In this document: positions 1 to 8,393 of the stretch, piece after piece
Layout of the letters: each line of letters begins with the position of its first letter
How positions within the stretch are numbered: the stretch's first letter is position 1
IMG/VR virus record: IMGVR_UViG_2648501400_000003
Direction: 5' to 3' (one strand)
DNA length: 19,804 bases
From: a virus
Lineage: Duplodnaviria > Heunggongvirae > Uroviricota > Caudoviricetes
Notes under the pieces: generated by a model
The model's input: the letters and a program-made list of their open reading frames with translations, nothing else
What the model was told of the DNA's origin: nothing
Database searches by the model: none
Position numbers and translations under genes: made by a program

Positions 1-93
1 ATCTGCTCTCCAATGACTAGTCTAAAAACTAGTATTAAGACTATCACTTATTTAAGTGATATTGGTTGTCTGGAGATTCAGGGGGCCAGTCTA
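1..93 (-). mobile_element. IS2 left end, partial (IRL plus leader up to the first two bases of the orfA ATG); body of the element lies outside the window to the left
   Basis: Bases 1-97 are the exact reverse complement of 19704-19800 (checked base by base). Read on the - strand, the sequence TAGACTGGCCCCCTGAATCTCCAGACAACCAATATCACTTAAATAAGTGATAG... matches the IS2 (IS3 family) IRL and leader as I remember it. From memory, not database-checked. Confidence 0.7.
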
Positions 94-383
94 GTCAACG
101 TGATGTAGCAGAACTCGATGCCAGATACACAAAGGAGCTTGCTGATGCTAACGCGACTATCGAAAGTCTACGTGCTGATGTTTCTGCTGGGCGTAAGCGC
201 CTGCAAGTCACCGCCACCTGTGCAAAGTCAACGACCGGAGCCAGCAGCATGGGCGATGGAGAAAGCCCAAGACTTACAGCAGATGCTGAACTCAATTATT
301 ACCGTCTCCGAAGTGGAATCGACAGGATAACCGCGCAGGTTAACTACCTGCAGGAGTACATCAGGACGCAATGCCTGAAATAA
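94..383 (+). pseudogene. Rz: Rz i-spanin, 5'-truncated by the IS2 insertion (about codons 58-153 retained; N-terminal transmembrane anchor and start codon missing)
   Basis: Translation from 96 (QRDVAELDARYTKELADANATIESLRADVSAGRKRL...YIRTQCLK) aligns with the C-terminal two thirds of lambda Rz (RQRDVAALDAKYTKELADA...). The reading frame hits a TGA at 57-59 inside the IS-derived sequence, so the TTG 'start' at 66 in the ORF track is not a real start. Confidence 0.8.
145..330 (+). CDS. Rz1: Rz1 o-spanin lipoprotein, embedded in the +1 frame of Rz
   Basis: ATG at 145 gives MLTRLSKVYVLMFLLGVSAC KSPPPVQSQRPEPAAW...: a roughly 19-aa signal peptide, a lipobox-like VSAC with Cys20, and a Pro-rich mature part. 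Length (61 aa) and nesting inside Rz match lambda Rz1. Confidence 0.75.
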   Translation: MLTRLSKVYVLMFLLGVSACKSPPPVQSQRPEPAAWAMEKAQDLQQMLNSIITVSEVESTG

Positions 384-416
384 TTTTTTTTGCAAATCAC
401 AAAGTCAATTTAATGA

Positions 417-439
417 GCCTCGCGATGCGGGGCTTTTTT
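417..439 (+). terminator. Candidate intrinsic terminator after the lysis cassette
   Basis: GCCTCGC-GAT-GCGGGGC hairpin (7-bp stem including one G-U pair) followed by TTTTTT, 34 nt after the Rz stop. Confidence 0.45.
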
Positions 440-586
440 ATGTCCGCAGTAAACGCGCTTCACACGCGCGACTTATGAACACAGAACCTTTCAGGATGAC
501 CCTTGAGGATGCCGGTTTGGTGATCGGTGCCTTTCTGTGGGCCGGAATCCTGTGTGACAAGGTTCATCACTAAAAGGTGAGCACTG

Positions 587-1141
587 ATGAATTATCCAAC
601 TATCGTTAACGGCATCGATTTCCGAGATCTGATTTTTGTGGCAAACAACGATCCGGTTACAGATTCTTTTATGGTGGCAAAAGCATTTGGAAAGCTGCCG
701 AAGAACGTAGTTCGTGACATTGAACGAACCATAGAAGCTTGCCCTCCTGAGTTTGATACAAAGCTCAACTTTGAGCTTTGCTATAAAAACAATGAGTTAC
801 AGAATGGTAAGCCGCAAAAATTCTACCGTCTCCGCAAGGATGGGTTGATGCTTTTGGTTATGTCCTACACCAAAAAAGAAGCAATGCGTATCAAAATTGC
901 TTATATCAACGCATTTAACTGGATGTACGCCATGCTTCAGGTTGGTCATCGTCAATTTGAAGAAGAGAGAAATGCCGTAATGCTGGAGTACATGAAAGAG
1001 AAGGATGTCGCCAGCATGTCAGGCCGTCTGCTCAATCGCTGGGGGAGAACGAAAAAACCTCAATTGCTTGCAAAGCTGAAACGCCTGGAGAGACAGGGAC
1101 AGTTTTTATTACCGGGATTCGATAAGGGGATTCAAGCCTGA
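587..1141 (+). CDS. Rha-family phage regulatory protein (pfam Phage_pRha-like N-terminal domain)
   Basis: ATG at 587 preceded by AAGGTGA. N-terminus TDSFMVAKAFGKLPKNVVRDIER and YRLRKDGLMLLVMSYTKKEAMRIKIAYINAF match the conserved Rha-family motifs as I remember them. Sits between the lysis genes and cos. Confidence 0.65.
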   Translation: MNYPTIVNGIDFRDLIFVANNDPVTDSFMVAKAFGKLPKNVVRDIERTIEACPPEFDTKLNFELCYKNNELQNGKPQKFYRLRKDGLMLLVMSYTKKEAMRIKIAYINAFNWMYAMLQVGHRQFEEERNAVMLEYMKEKDVASMSGRLLNRWGRTKKPQLLAKLKRLERQGQFLLPGFDKGIQA

Positions 1142-1462
1142 CACATCATGCGCTGTATCGTCGCTGTATTCCTGCATTAACCATGACCGTAGCCCGACGG
1201 GGAACTCCTTCTGCGTGAGTGTGCGGGAATAATCAAAAACGATGCACACCGGGTTTTTACCGCGCTAATGATTCGCGGGTTTGTCCCTCATGCTCGCCAG
1301 TCCTGTGCGGGGGTGGAAGAAACAGGACACTCACACAGATTCTTGTGGGCACGATGCTATTCCTTTCTGGATTATCCCGATGCCATTCATGCAGGGCGCT
1401 GTATCAGACGTTCGTCATGGCTGTCAGGCTGACGGGTCCTCCCGGTGGGGTGGCCTGCCACG

Positions 1463-1474
1463 GGGCGGGAGCGT
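1463..1474. other. cosN-like cohesive-end site; predicted 12-nt 5' overhang GGGCGGGAGCGT
   Basis: CGGGTCCTCCCGGTGGGGTGGCCTGCCACG|GGGCGGGAGCGT|CGCGG parallels lambda ...CGGGTCCTTTCCGGTGATCCGACAGGTTACG|GGGCGGCGACCT|CGCGGG (lambda right end, cosN and left end, from memory). It lies about 185-195 bp upstream of the small terminase start, the same spacing as lambda cosN to Nu1. Confidence 0.65.
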
Positions 1475-1525
1475 CGCGGAAAAAGGCTAGTTTTTGCATT
1501 TCCATGGCGGCGGCAACATGTTTAG

Positions 1526-1538
1526 TAATTTATTGATA
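1526..1538 (+). promoter_or_regulatory. Candidate IHF binding site within cosB
   Basis: TAATTTATTGATA fits the IHF consensus YAANNNNTTGATW. It sits in the AT-rich stretch between cosN and the small terminase gene, where lambda has IHF site I1. Confidence 0.3.
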
Positions 1539-1658
1539 ATTAAAAGTTATTTCTCTTTTCACCTGTACAATATTTTTTTCTCCCTGTCATTAGACCAGTT
1601 TGCAATTAATTGAAATATATAAATAAACCTGATTTTCACCTGCCAGATGGAGTTGCTT

Positions 1659-2186
1659 ATGTCAAATGTGAGCGGGATCGGTGATGCTTATTACTGGAGT
1701 GTTTTTAAAATCGCCGAGGCCTTTGGGCTTCACCGGGACACAGTAAAAAAACGGCTCCTCGCGGCCAACACTCCTGTGGCTGCGACTGTCAGGGGGAACC
1801 CCGTTTACGCCCTGCAGCATGTCGGGCCAGCCCTGTTTAGTGTGAAGCATGAGGCAGCAGACTCTGTTCATGATCCATCCCGTATGGAGCCGAAAGAGAG
1901 AAAGGACTGGTACCAGTCTGAAAATGAAAGGATCAAGCTGGAAAAGGAGCAGCGAAAACTCATCCCAGTTGATGAAGTAGTCATCGTCTATTCGTCCATG
2001 AGAAAGGCTGTCGTCCAGGTTCTGGAGACAATTCCGGATGTTCTTGAACGCGATTGCGCCCTGACTCCTCAGGCCGTCGGCGTTGTACAGCAGGCCATTG
2101 ATGACCTGCGATACACTCTTCAGGAAAAATCCTACGAGGCTTGTGCTGCTGAATTAATTCCTGATGAGGAAGGAGAGAGTCTCTAG
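1659..2186 (+). CDS. Terminase small subunit (Nu1-like, N-terminal HTH)
   Basis: IAEAFGLHRDTVKKRL... HTH region and ELIPDEE C-terminus parallel lambda Nu1 (ADIFGASIRTIQNW..., ...ELIPGLLSEY). ATG at 1659 has GGAG 6 nt upstream; the upstream ATG at 1647 (ORF track start) has no SD but cannot be excluded. Confidence 0.75.
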   Translation: MSNVSGIGDAYYWSVFKIAEAFGLHRDTVKKRLLAANTPVAATVRGNPVYALQHVGPALFSVKHEAADSVHDPSRMEPKERKDWYQSENERIKLEKEQRKLIPVDEVVIVYSSMRKAVVQVLETIPDVLERDCALTPQAVGVVQQAIDDLRYTLQEKSYEACAAELIPDEEGESL

Positions 2187-2194
2187 GAGGAATA

Positions 2195-4294
2195 ATGGGT
2201 TTTTCATCAGCCCGAAATTTGGGAAGGGACATATCGGCAGGATTTTCCCCACCACGTCGCATGCCGATTTCGGAGGCTGTTAAAAAATTCATGCGTGTTC
2301 CCAAGGGGGCTGGTAACTCGGTGCCATGGGATCCTGAACTGACACCCTACATCATTGAGCCCATGAACTGCCTGGCATCGCGTGAATACGATGCGGTGAT
2401 TTTTGTTGGTCCTGCGCGAACAGGGAAGACCATTGGTCTGATCGATGGATGGATTGTCTATACCATCGTTTGCGATCCTTCGGACATGCTCGTTGTGCAG
2501 ATGACCGAAGATAAGGCCCGCGAGCATTCTAAAAAGCGCCTCGACAGAACGTTCAGAAGCAGTGCGGCGGTAAAGAAAAGAATGAGTCCACGTCGTAACG
2601 ACAATAATGTTCATGATAAGACGTTCAGGGATGGCTCGTTCCTTAAAATTGGTTGGCCCTCGGTCAACATTATGTCGTCGTCGGATTACCGGTTTGTCGC
2701 CTTAACCGATTACGACCGTTTTCCGGAGAATATCGACAGCGAGGGTGATGGTTTCTCCCTGGCCTCAAAACGTACCACCACATTTATGTCCGCCGGGATG
2801 ACTCTGGTGGAGAGCTCGCCGGGACGTGACATCTGCGACAGCAAATGGCGACGTAAGTCGCCTCATGAAGCGCCACCGACGACTGGTATTCTTTCCCTTT
2901 ACAATCGTGGTGACCGCCGCCGCTGGTACTGGCCATGTCCGCACTGCGGTGAATATTTTCAGCCAGCCATGGATGCCATGACCGGCTACCGTAATGAACC
3001 GGATCCCTTTAAAGCCAGTGAGGCGGCGTATCTACTTTGCCCGCACTGCAGCGGCATTATCACTGCGGAGAAAAAGCGTGAGCTCAATAGTGCAGGAGTC
3101 TGGTTGCGTGAAGGTCAGGTCATTGATCGTAACGGCAACGTTTCCGGTGAACCGCGCCGCTCCCGTATCGCCAGTTTCTGGATGGAAGGGCCAGCTGCTG
3201 CGTATCAGACCTGGGCGCAACTGGTTTACAAATTACTGACTGCAGAACAGGAGTATGAAGCGACAGGAAGCGAAGAAACACTCAGGGCGGTTATCAATAC
3301 CGACTGGGGATTACCTTATCTTCCCCGCGCCAGCATGGAGCAACGAAAAAGTGAACTGCTTGAGCAGCGGGCAGAGCCAGTTCCTTCCCGCAGTGTGCCG
3401 GATGGCGTTAATTTCCTTGTGGCGGCAGTGGATGTGCAGGCGGGACGTCATCGCCGTTTTGTGGTTCAGGTAACGGGCTATGGCAGCCGTGGCGAACGCT
3501 GGATTATTGATCGTTACAACATCACGCAGTCATTGCGCGGTGACAGCGACGGGGAGAGCCAGCGAATTGATCCGGCCAGCTATCCGGAAGACTGGGATGT
3601 CCTGCTGACGGATGTTTTTCATAAAAGCTGGCCGCTGGCCTCCGATCCTTCTCAACAAATGCGACTGATGGCAATGGCGGTGGACTCCGGCGGTGAAGAC
3701 GGGGTCACTGATAATGCCTATAAATTCTGGCGTCGTTGCCGTCGTGATGGCCTTGGTAAACGTATTTACCTGTTTAAGGGCGACAGCATCCGGCGCGCAA
3801 AACTGATCAGCCGTACATTCCCTGATAACACCGGACGAACGGGCCGACGGGCGCAGGCCGCAGGTGATGTGCCGCTCTGGTTTCTTCAGACGGATGCCCT
3901 GAAAGACCGGGTGAATAACGCGTTATGGCGTGACTCGCCAGGTCCCGGCTATGTGCATTTCCCTGACTGGCTGGGGAGCTGGTTTTACGACGAACTGACG
4001 TATGAAGAGCGGAGCAGTGACGGGAAATGGAGTAAACCGGGTCGCGGTGCCAACGAAGCTTTTGACCTGATGGTGTATGCCGAGGCTCTGGTCATTCTGC
4101 ATGGATACGAAAAGATCCGCTGGCCGGATGCACCGGAGTGGGCGAGCCGGGAAACCTGGCTGGAGTGTGTCCCGGACAGTACCGAACCGTCACCCTCACC
4201 GGAACCGGTATCCACGCCTGTTAAAAAACAAAAACGGAAGAAAACAGTAACTGACGATGTTAACCCCTGGCTGACTTCCGGAGGATGGTTATGA
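2195..4294 (+). CDS. Terminase large subunit (lambda GpA family)
   Basis: 699-aa ORF with perfect AGGAGG SD. Walker A-like VGPARTGKT near the N-terminus; position directly after the small subunit; size and overall architecture as for lambda A. Confidence 0.9.
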   Translation: MGFSSARNLGRDISAGFSPPRRMPISEAVKKFMRVPKGAGNSVPWDPELTPYIIEPMNCLASREYDAVIFVGPARTGKTIGLIDGWIVYTIVCDPSDMLVVQMTEDKAREHSKKRLDRTFRSSAAVKKRMSPRRNDNNVHDKTFRDGSFLKIGWPSVNIMSSSDYRFVALTDYDRFPENIDSEGDGFSLASKRTTTFMSAGMTLVESSPGRDICDSKWRRKSPHEAPPTTGILSLYNRGDRRRWYWPCPHCGEYFQPAMDAMTGYRNEPDPFKASEAAYLLCPHCSGIITAEKKRELNSAGVWLREGQVIDRNGNVSGEPRRSRIASFWMEGPAAAYQTWAQLVYKLLTAEQEYEATGSEETLRAVINTDWGLPYLPRASMEQRKSELLEQRAEPVPSRSVPDGVNFLVAAVDVQAGRHRRFVVQVTGYGSRGERWIIDRYNITQSLRGDSDGESQRIDPASYPEDWDVLLTDVFHKSWPLASDPSQQMRLMAMAVDSGGEDGVTDNAYKFWRRCRRDGLGKRIYLFKGDSIRRAKLISRTFPDNTGRTGRRAQAAGDVPLWFLQTDALKDRVNNALWRDSPGPGYVHFPDWLGSWFYDELTYEERSSDGKWSKPGRGANEAFDLMVYAEALVILHGYEKIRWPDAPEWASRETWLECVPDSTEPSPSPEPVSTPVKKQKRKKTVTDDVNPWLTSGGWL

Positions 4295-4503
4295 ATCAGA
4301 ATGATATTGAAGCCATGATTCAGCGTTATACGGAAGCTGAAATGGCGGTGCTGGACGGAAAATCCGTCACTTTTAATGGTCAGCAGATGACCATGGAAAA
4401 CTTATCTGAGATCCGGCAGGGGCGGCAGGAGTGGGAGCGCCGCCTTGCGGCTCTGATTACACGACGACGGGGGCATCCCGGGTACCGGTTGGCGAGGTTC
4501 TGA
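4291..4503 (+). CDS. Head-tail joining protein (gpW-like)
   Basis: 70-aa ORF, ATG overlapping the terminase stop (ATGA), GGAGG 6 nt upstream. Size, position between terminase and portal, and the C-terminal ...RRRGHPGY resemble lambda W (...RRRGPAGFYV). Confidence 0.65.
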   Translation: MNQNDIEAMIQRYTEAEMAVLDGKSVTFNGQQMTMENLSEIRQGRQEWERRLAALITRRRGHPGYRLARF

Positions 4504-6011
4504 TGGCAATTCTTGATGATGTGATTGGCGTTTTTTCACCAGGATGGAAAGCGGCAAGGCTGCGTTCCCGTGCGGTGATCCAGGCTTATGAGGCCGTAAA
4601 AACGACGCGGACACACAAAGCCCGACGGGAGAACCGAACTGCCGACCAGTTAAGCCAGTACGGGGCCGTGTCGTTACGTGAGCAGGCCCGTTACCTTGAT
4701 AACAACCACGATCTGGTCATTGGTGTATTTGACAAGCTGGAAGAACGGGTGGTGGGGAAAAACGGGATTATTGTCGAGCCACATCCGGTATTACGCAATG
4801 GGGCCATTGCCCGTGATCTGGCAGCGGAGATACGCACCCGATGGAGTGAATGGTCTGTCAGTCCGGAAGTCACCGGGCAGTTTACCCGTCCGATGCTGGA
4901 ACGTCTGATGCTGCGTACCTGGCTGCGCGATGGTGAGGTGTTTGCCCAGATGGTTTCCGGGCGCATAAACAGCCTGACGCCTTCTGCCGGTGTTCATTTC
5001 TGGCTGGAGGCGCTCGAGCCGGACTTTATTCCCATGACCAGTGATGAGAGCAACAGGCTGAATCAGGGCGTGTTTGTTGATGACTGGGGGCGTCCCGAAA
5101 AATATCTGGTGTATAAAAGCCGTCCCGTATCCGGACGGCAGATGGAAACCAAAGAAGTGGATGCAGAGCGAATGCTGCATCTTAAATTTGTTCGCCGTCT
5201 GCACCAGATGCGCGGGACGTCTTTATTGTCCGGTGTGCTGATCCGCCTCAGCGCCCTGAAAGAGTATGAAGATTCTGAGCTGACTGCAGCAAGGATCGCC
5301 GCTGCTCTGGGGATGTACATCCGGAAAGGCGACGGACAGAGCTATGAAACGGATGGTAATGACAGCAAGGAGAATGAACGCGAGCTTACCATTCAGCCAG
5401 GCATTATTTACGACGATCTGAAACCCGGCGAAGAAATCGGAATGGTGAAGTCGGATCGTCCCAATCCTAACCTGGAAACTTTTCGTAATGGTCAGTTGCG
5501 TGCCGTGGCGGCGGGCAGTCGTCTGAGTTTTTCCAGTACGGCACGCAACTATAACGGCACTTACAGCGCCCAGCGTCAGGAACTGGTTGAGTCTACTGAT
5601 GGCTACCTGATCCTGCAGGACTGGTTTATTGGTGCCGTCACCCGTCCGATGTATCGTGCCTGGCTGAAACAGGCTGTGGCATCCGGTGTTATCAGGCTAC
5701 CCCGCGATCTTGACCGTTCTTCACTGTATACCGCGGTGTATTTCGGACCAGTGATGCCGTGGATTGACCCTGTTAAGGAGGCTGAGGCCTGGAAAATCCA
5801 GATTCGTGGTGGAGCGGCGACAGAATCAGACTGGGTACGTGCTGGTGGTCGTAATCCGGATGATGTCAAACGTCGGCGCAAGGCCGAAATTGATGAAAAC
5901 CGCAAGCTGGATCTGGTATTTGATACCGATCCGGCCAGTGATAAAGGAGGCAGCAGTGCCGCAACGAAACGACAGGAGCCGCAGCACACCGACGACCAGT
6001 CCGAAGAATAA
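4503..6011 (+). CDS. Portal protein
   Basis: 502-aa ORF starting at the ATG that overlaps the W stop (TGATG), GAGG 5 nt upstream. Position and size are typical of the portal in the lambda gene order. The ORF-track start at 4431 is an upstream in-frame extension overlapping W. Confidence 0.85.
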   Translation: MAILDDVIGVFSPGWKAARLRSRAVIQAYEAVKTTRTHKARRENRTADQLSQYGAVSLREQARYLDNNHDLVIGVFDKLEERVVGKNGIIVEPHPVLRNGAIARDLAAEIRTRWSEWSVSPEVTGQFTRPMLERLMLRTWLRDGEVFAQMVSGRINSLTPSAGVHFWLEALEPDFIPMTSDESNRLNQGVFVDDWGRPEKYLVYKSRPVSGRQMETKEVDAERMLHLKFVRRLHQMRGTSLLSGVLIRLSALKEYEDSELTAARIAAALGMYIRKGDGQSYETDGNDSKENERELTIQPGIIYDDLKPGEEIGMVKSDRPNPNLETFRNGQLRAVAAGSRLSFSSTARNYNGTYSAQRQELVESTDGYLILQDWFIGAVTRPMYRAWLKQAVASGVIRLPRDLDRSSLYTAVYFGPVMPWIDPVKEAEAWKIQIRGGAATESDWVRAGGRNPDDVKRRRKAEIDENRKLDLVFDTDPASDKGGSSAATKRQEPQHTDDQSEE

Positions 6012-6024
6012 TTCCTGGTTCAGG

Positions 6025-7983
6025 ATGCAGGCTGGTCACCAGAGTGACGCGGATATTTATATTTATGACGAGATTGGTTTCTGGGGTGTTACAGCGAAGC
6101 AGTTTATCAGTGATCTGAATGCACTGGGCGATATCACCCACATTAATCTTCATATTAATTCACCGGGTGGCGATGTCTTTGAAGGCATCGCCATTTTTAA
6201 TGCACTGAAAACACATGGTGCGTCCATTACCGTTTATGTCGACGGTGTGGCGGCGTCAATGGCGTCGGTCATTGCGATGGTGGGAAACCCGGTCATTATG
6301 CCGGAAAACACTTTCATGATGATTCATAAACCATTTGGCTTTACGGGCGGTGATGCGGAGGACATGCGCACCTATGCCGACCTGCTCGATAAAGTTGAGG
6401 CGGTTCTGTTACCCGCTTATGCACAGAAAACCGGGAAAACCACCGATGAAATTGCTGCCATGCTGGCGGATGAGACCTGGATGTCCGGTGCCGAATGTCT
6501 GGCACATGGATTTGCTGATCAGGTAACGCCAGCCGTTAAGGCAATGGCATGTATTCAGTCAAAACGTACAGAGGAATTTAAAAAGATGCCGGAATCCATT
6601 CGAAACATGATTACTCCGCCACGCAACAGTGCTCCACGCGTACAGGATGATGAACCTGCAGCCTCCCGGACGCCAGTGCAGGCAGCAGCACCCGTGGTGG
6701 ATGAAAACAGTATCCGTGCGCAGGTACTGGCAGAGCAAAAAGCGCGTGTAAACGGTATTAATGATCTGTTTGCCATGTTTGGCGGGCGTTATCAGACGCT
6801 GCAGGCTCAGTGTCTTGCCGATCCTGAATGTTCGCTGGAGCAGGCCCGCGAAAAGCTGTTGAACGAGATGGGGCGCGAGTCCACGCCATCCAATAAAAAT
6901 ACCCCGGCTCATATTTATGCCGGTAACGGTAATTTTGTGGGGGACGGGATCCGCCAGGCGCTGATGGCGCGTGCCGGATTTGAAAAAACCGAACGTGATA
7001 ATGTCTACAACGGGATGACCCTGCGTGAATATGCCCGTATGTCACTGACTGAACGGGGTATTGGGGTTTCCGGTTATAACCCGATGCAGATGGTCGGTGC
7101 GGCGTTCACACACAGTACGTCTGACTTCGGTAATATTCTGCTGGATGTTGCGAACAAAGCCATTCTGCAGGGCTGGGAAGATGCCCCTGAAACCTATGAA
7201 CAGTGGACGCGGAAAGGTCAGTTGTCTGATTTTAAAATTGCCCATCGTGTGGGTATGGGGGGCTTCAGTGCTCTGCGTCAGGTGCGTGAAGGGGCGGAAT
7301 ATAAATACGTCACCACCGGAGATAAACAGGCCACTATTGCACTGGCGACCTATGGCGAGCTGTTCAGTATCACCCGTCAGGCCATTATCAATGATGATCT
7401 GAATATGCTGACCGATGTCCCGATGAAACTGGGCCGTGCGGCGAAATCCACCATTGCCGATCTGGTTTATGCCATTCTGACGTCTAACCCGAAAATCTCC
7501 ACAGATAATGTAAGTCTGTTCGATAAAGCGAAACATGCAAACGTACTGGAGAGCGCTGCAATGGACGTGGCATCGCTGGATAAAGCCCGCCAGTTGATGC
7601 GCGTTCAGAAAGAGGGGGAGCGTCATCTGAATATTCGTCCTGCGTTCGTACTGGTACCGACGGCGATGGAGTCTGTTGCTAACCAGGTCATTCGCTCCTC
7701 AAGTGTCAAGGGGGCTGACATTAACGCCGGTATTATTAACCCGGTGAAAGATTTTGCGACCGTTATTGCAGAGCCTCGTCTTGATGATAACAGCCAGACC
7801 ACCTTCTACCTGGCTGCGTCCAAAGGCTCCGATACGATTGAAGTGGCTTATCTCAACGGTGTGGATACGCCATATATTGATCAGATGGAGGGCTTCAGTG
7901 TGGATGGCGTGACAACGAAAGTGCGTATTGACGCCGGTGTCGCGCCAGTTGATCACCGCGGTCTGGTGAAATGTACGGCGTAA
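6025..7983 (+). CDS. Fused head maturation protease (ClpP-like) - scaffold - major capsid protein
   Basis: N-terminal domain has ClpP-type catalytic motifs GVAASMAS (Ser) and MMIHKP (His). A Pro/Ala/Gln-rich middle segment precedes a roughly 310-aa C-terminal domain the size of a major capsid protein. First ATG after the portal stop; the ORF is open upstream to 5764 but that part overlaps the portal. Confidence 0.85.
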   Translation: MQAGHQSDADIYIYDEIGFWGVTAKQFISDLNALGDITHINLHINSPGGDVFEGIAIFNALKTHGASITVYVDGVAASMASVIAMVGNPVIMPENTFMMIHKPFGFTGGDAEDMRTYADLLDKVEAVLLPAYAQKTGKTTDEIAAMLADETWMSGAECLAHGFADQVTPAVKAMACIQSKRTEEFKKMPESIRNMITPPRNSAPRVQDDEPAASRTPVQAAAPVVDENSIRAQVLAEQKARVNGINDLFAMFGGRYQTLQAQCLADPECSLEQAREKLLNEMGRESTPSNKNTPAHIYAGNGNFVGDGIRQALMARAGFEKTERDNVYNGMTLREYARMSLTERGIGVSGYNPMQMVGAAFTHSTSDFGNILLDVANKAILQGWEDAPETYEQWTRKGQLSDFKIAHRVGMGGFSALRQVREGAEYKYVTTGDKQATIALATYGELFSITRQAIINDDLNMLTDVPMKLGRAAKSTIADLVYAILTSNPKISTDNVSLFDKAKHANVLESAAMDVASLDKARQLMRVQKEGERHLNIRPAFVLVPTAMESVANQVIRSSSVKGADINAGIINPVKDFATVIAEPRLDDNSQTTFYLAASKGSDTIEVAYLNGVDTPYIDQMEGFSVDGVTTKVRIDAGVAPVDHRGLVKCTA

Positions 7984-8006
7984 ACGTCGCAGACAACAAC
8001 TCTGAT

Positions 8007-8026
8007 GGCCCGTAAGGGCTTTTTTT
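8007..8026 (+). terminator. Weak intrinsic terminator-like hairpin plus T-run after the capsid gene
   Basis: GGCCC-GTAA-GGGC followed by TTTTTTT, immediately after the capsid stop. A second hairpin (CAGCCCC-TGAAC-GGGGCTG, 8038-8056) follows without a T-run. Confidence 0.35.
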
Positions 8027-8069
8027 GTACCTGAAATCAGCCCCTGAACGGGGCTGTGCGGAGACAGTT

Positions 8070-8393
8070 ATGGCAAAGAATTTTGTAGAAGAAGGAAAAA
8101 CGGTGGCGATTGTTGCCAGTGCAGCCATCAGCAGCGGAGATCTGGTGCAGGTGGGTGATGTTTTTGCGGTGGCGCTGACCGATATTCCACAGGGTGAAAC
8201 AGGCGACGGCATGACCGAAGGTGTGTTTATCCTGCCTAAACTGAAAACGGATGACATGAAAACGGGTAAGAAGGTTTATCTGAAGTCCGGAAAAGTTCAG
8301 CTGACTAACAGCGGCTCTGATCCGCTGGTCGGGGTTGTCTGGGCAGATGCCGGAACCAGTGCAGAAGAAGTGCCGGTAAAACTCAATGTCTGA
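8070..8393 (+). CDS. DUF2190-family small head protein (putative head decoration/cement protein)
   Basis: 107-aa ORF from the ATG with GGAGA SD (MAKNFVEEGKTV...). Small Gly/Val-rich protein immediately after the capsid gene, the usual position of DUF2190 proteins. Family assignment from memory. Confidence 0.55.
   Translation: MAKNFVEEGKTVAIVASAAISSGDLVQVGDVFAVALTDIPQGETGDGMTEGVFILPKLKTDDMKTGKKVYLKSGKVQLTNSGSDPLVGVVWADAGTSAEEVPVKLNV

Noticed and set aside
1-97. Terminal inverted repeats as crossover sites of a Gin/Hin/Pin-type invertible segment switching tail-fibre specificity
   Set aside because: The repeats are about 97 bp and match an IS2 end rather than the roughly 26-bp hix/gix-type sites. 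No invertase gene is present. The repeat cuts J and Rz mid-gene instead of flanking alternative C-terminal exons.
66-383. ORF-track CDS 66-383 as an intact small gene
   Set aside because: Its first 10 codons come from IS2-end sequence and begin at a TTG directly after an in-frame TGA. It is the 3' remnant of Rz, not a gene with its own start.
1219-1536. ORFs 1219-1536 and 1281-1490 as protein-coding genes
   Set aside because: They span the cos-like site and the GC-rich region homologous to the lambda right end. No RBS or recognisable domains; most likely noncoding packaging DNA.
383-1650. Search for a defence or anti-defence system (restriction, abortive infection, toxin-antitoxin, CRISPR) in the accessory gap and elsewhere
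   Set aside because: The only accessory gene found is the Rha-family ORF. All other sizeable ORFs are accounted for by morphogenesis genes. No repeat arrays, nuclease/ATPase defence-type ORFs or toxin-antitoxin pairs are visible in this window.
4431-4502. Upstream in-frame extensions of the portal (from 4431) and capsid polyprotein (from 5764) ORFs
   Set aside because: The extensions overlap the preceding genes in other frames and lack start-site signals. The ATGs at 4503 and 6025 sit right at the preceding stop codons with plausible SDs.
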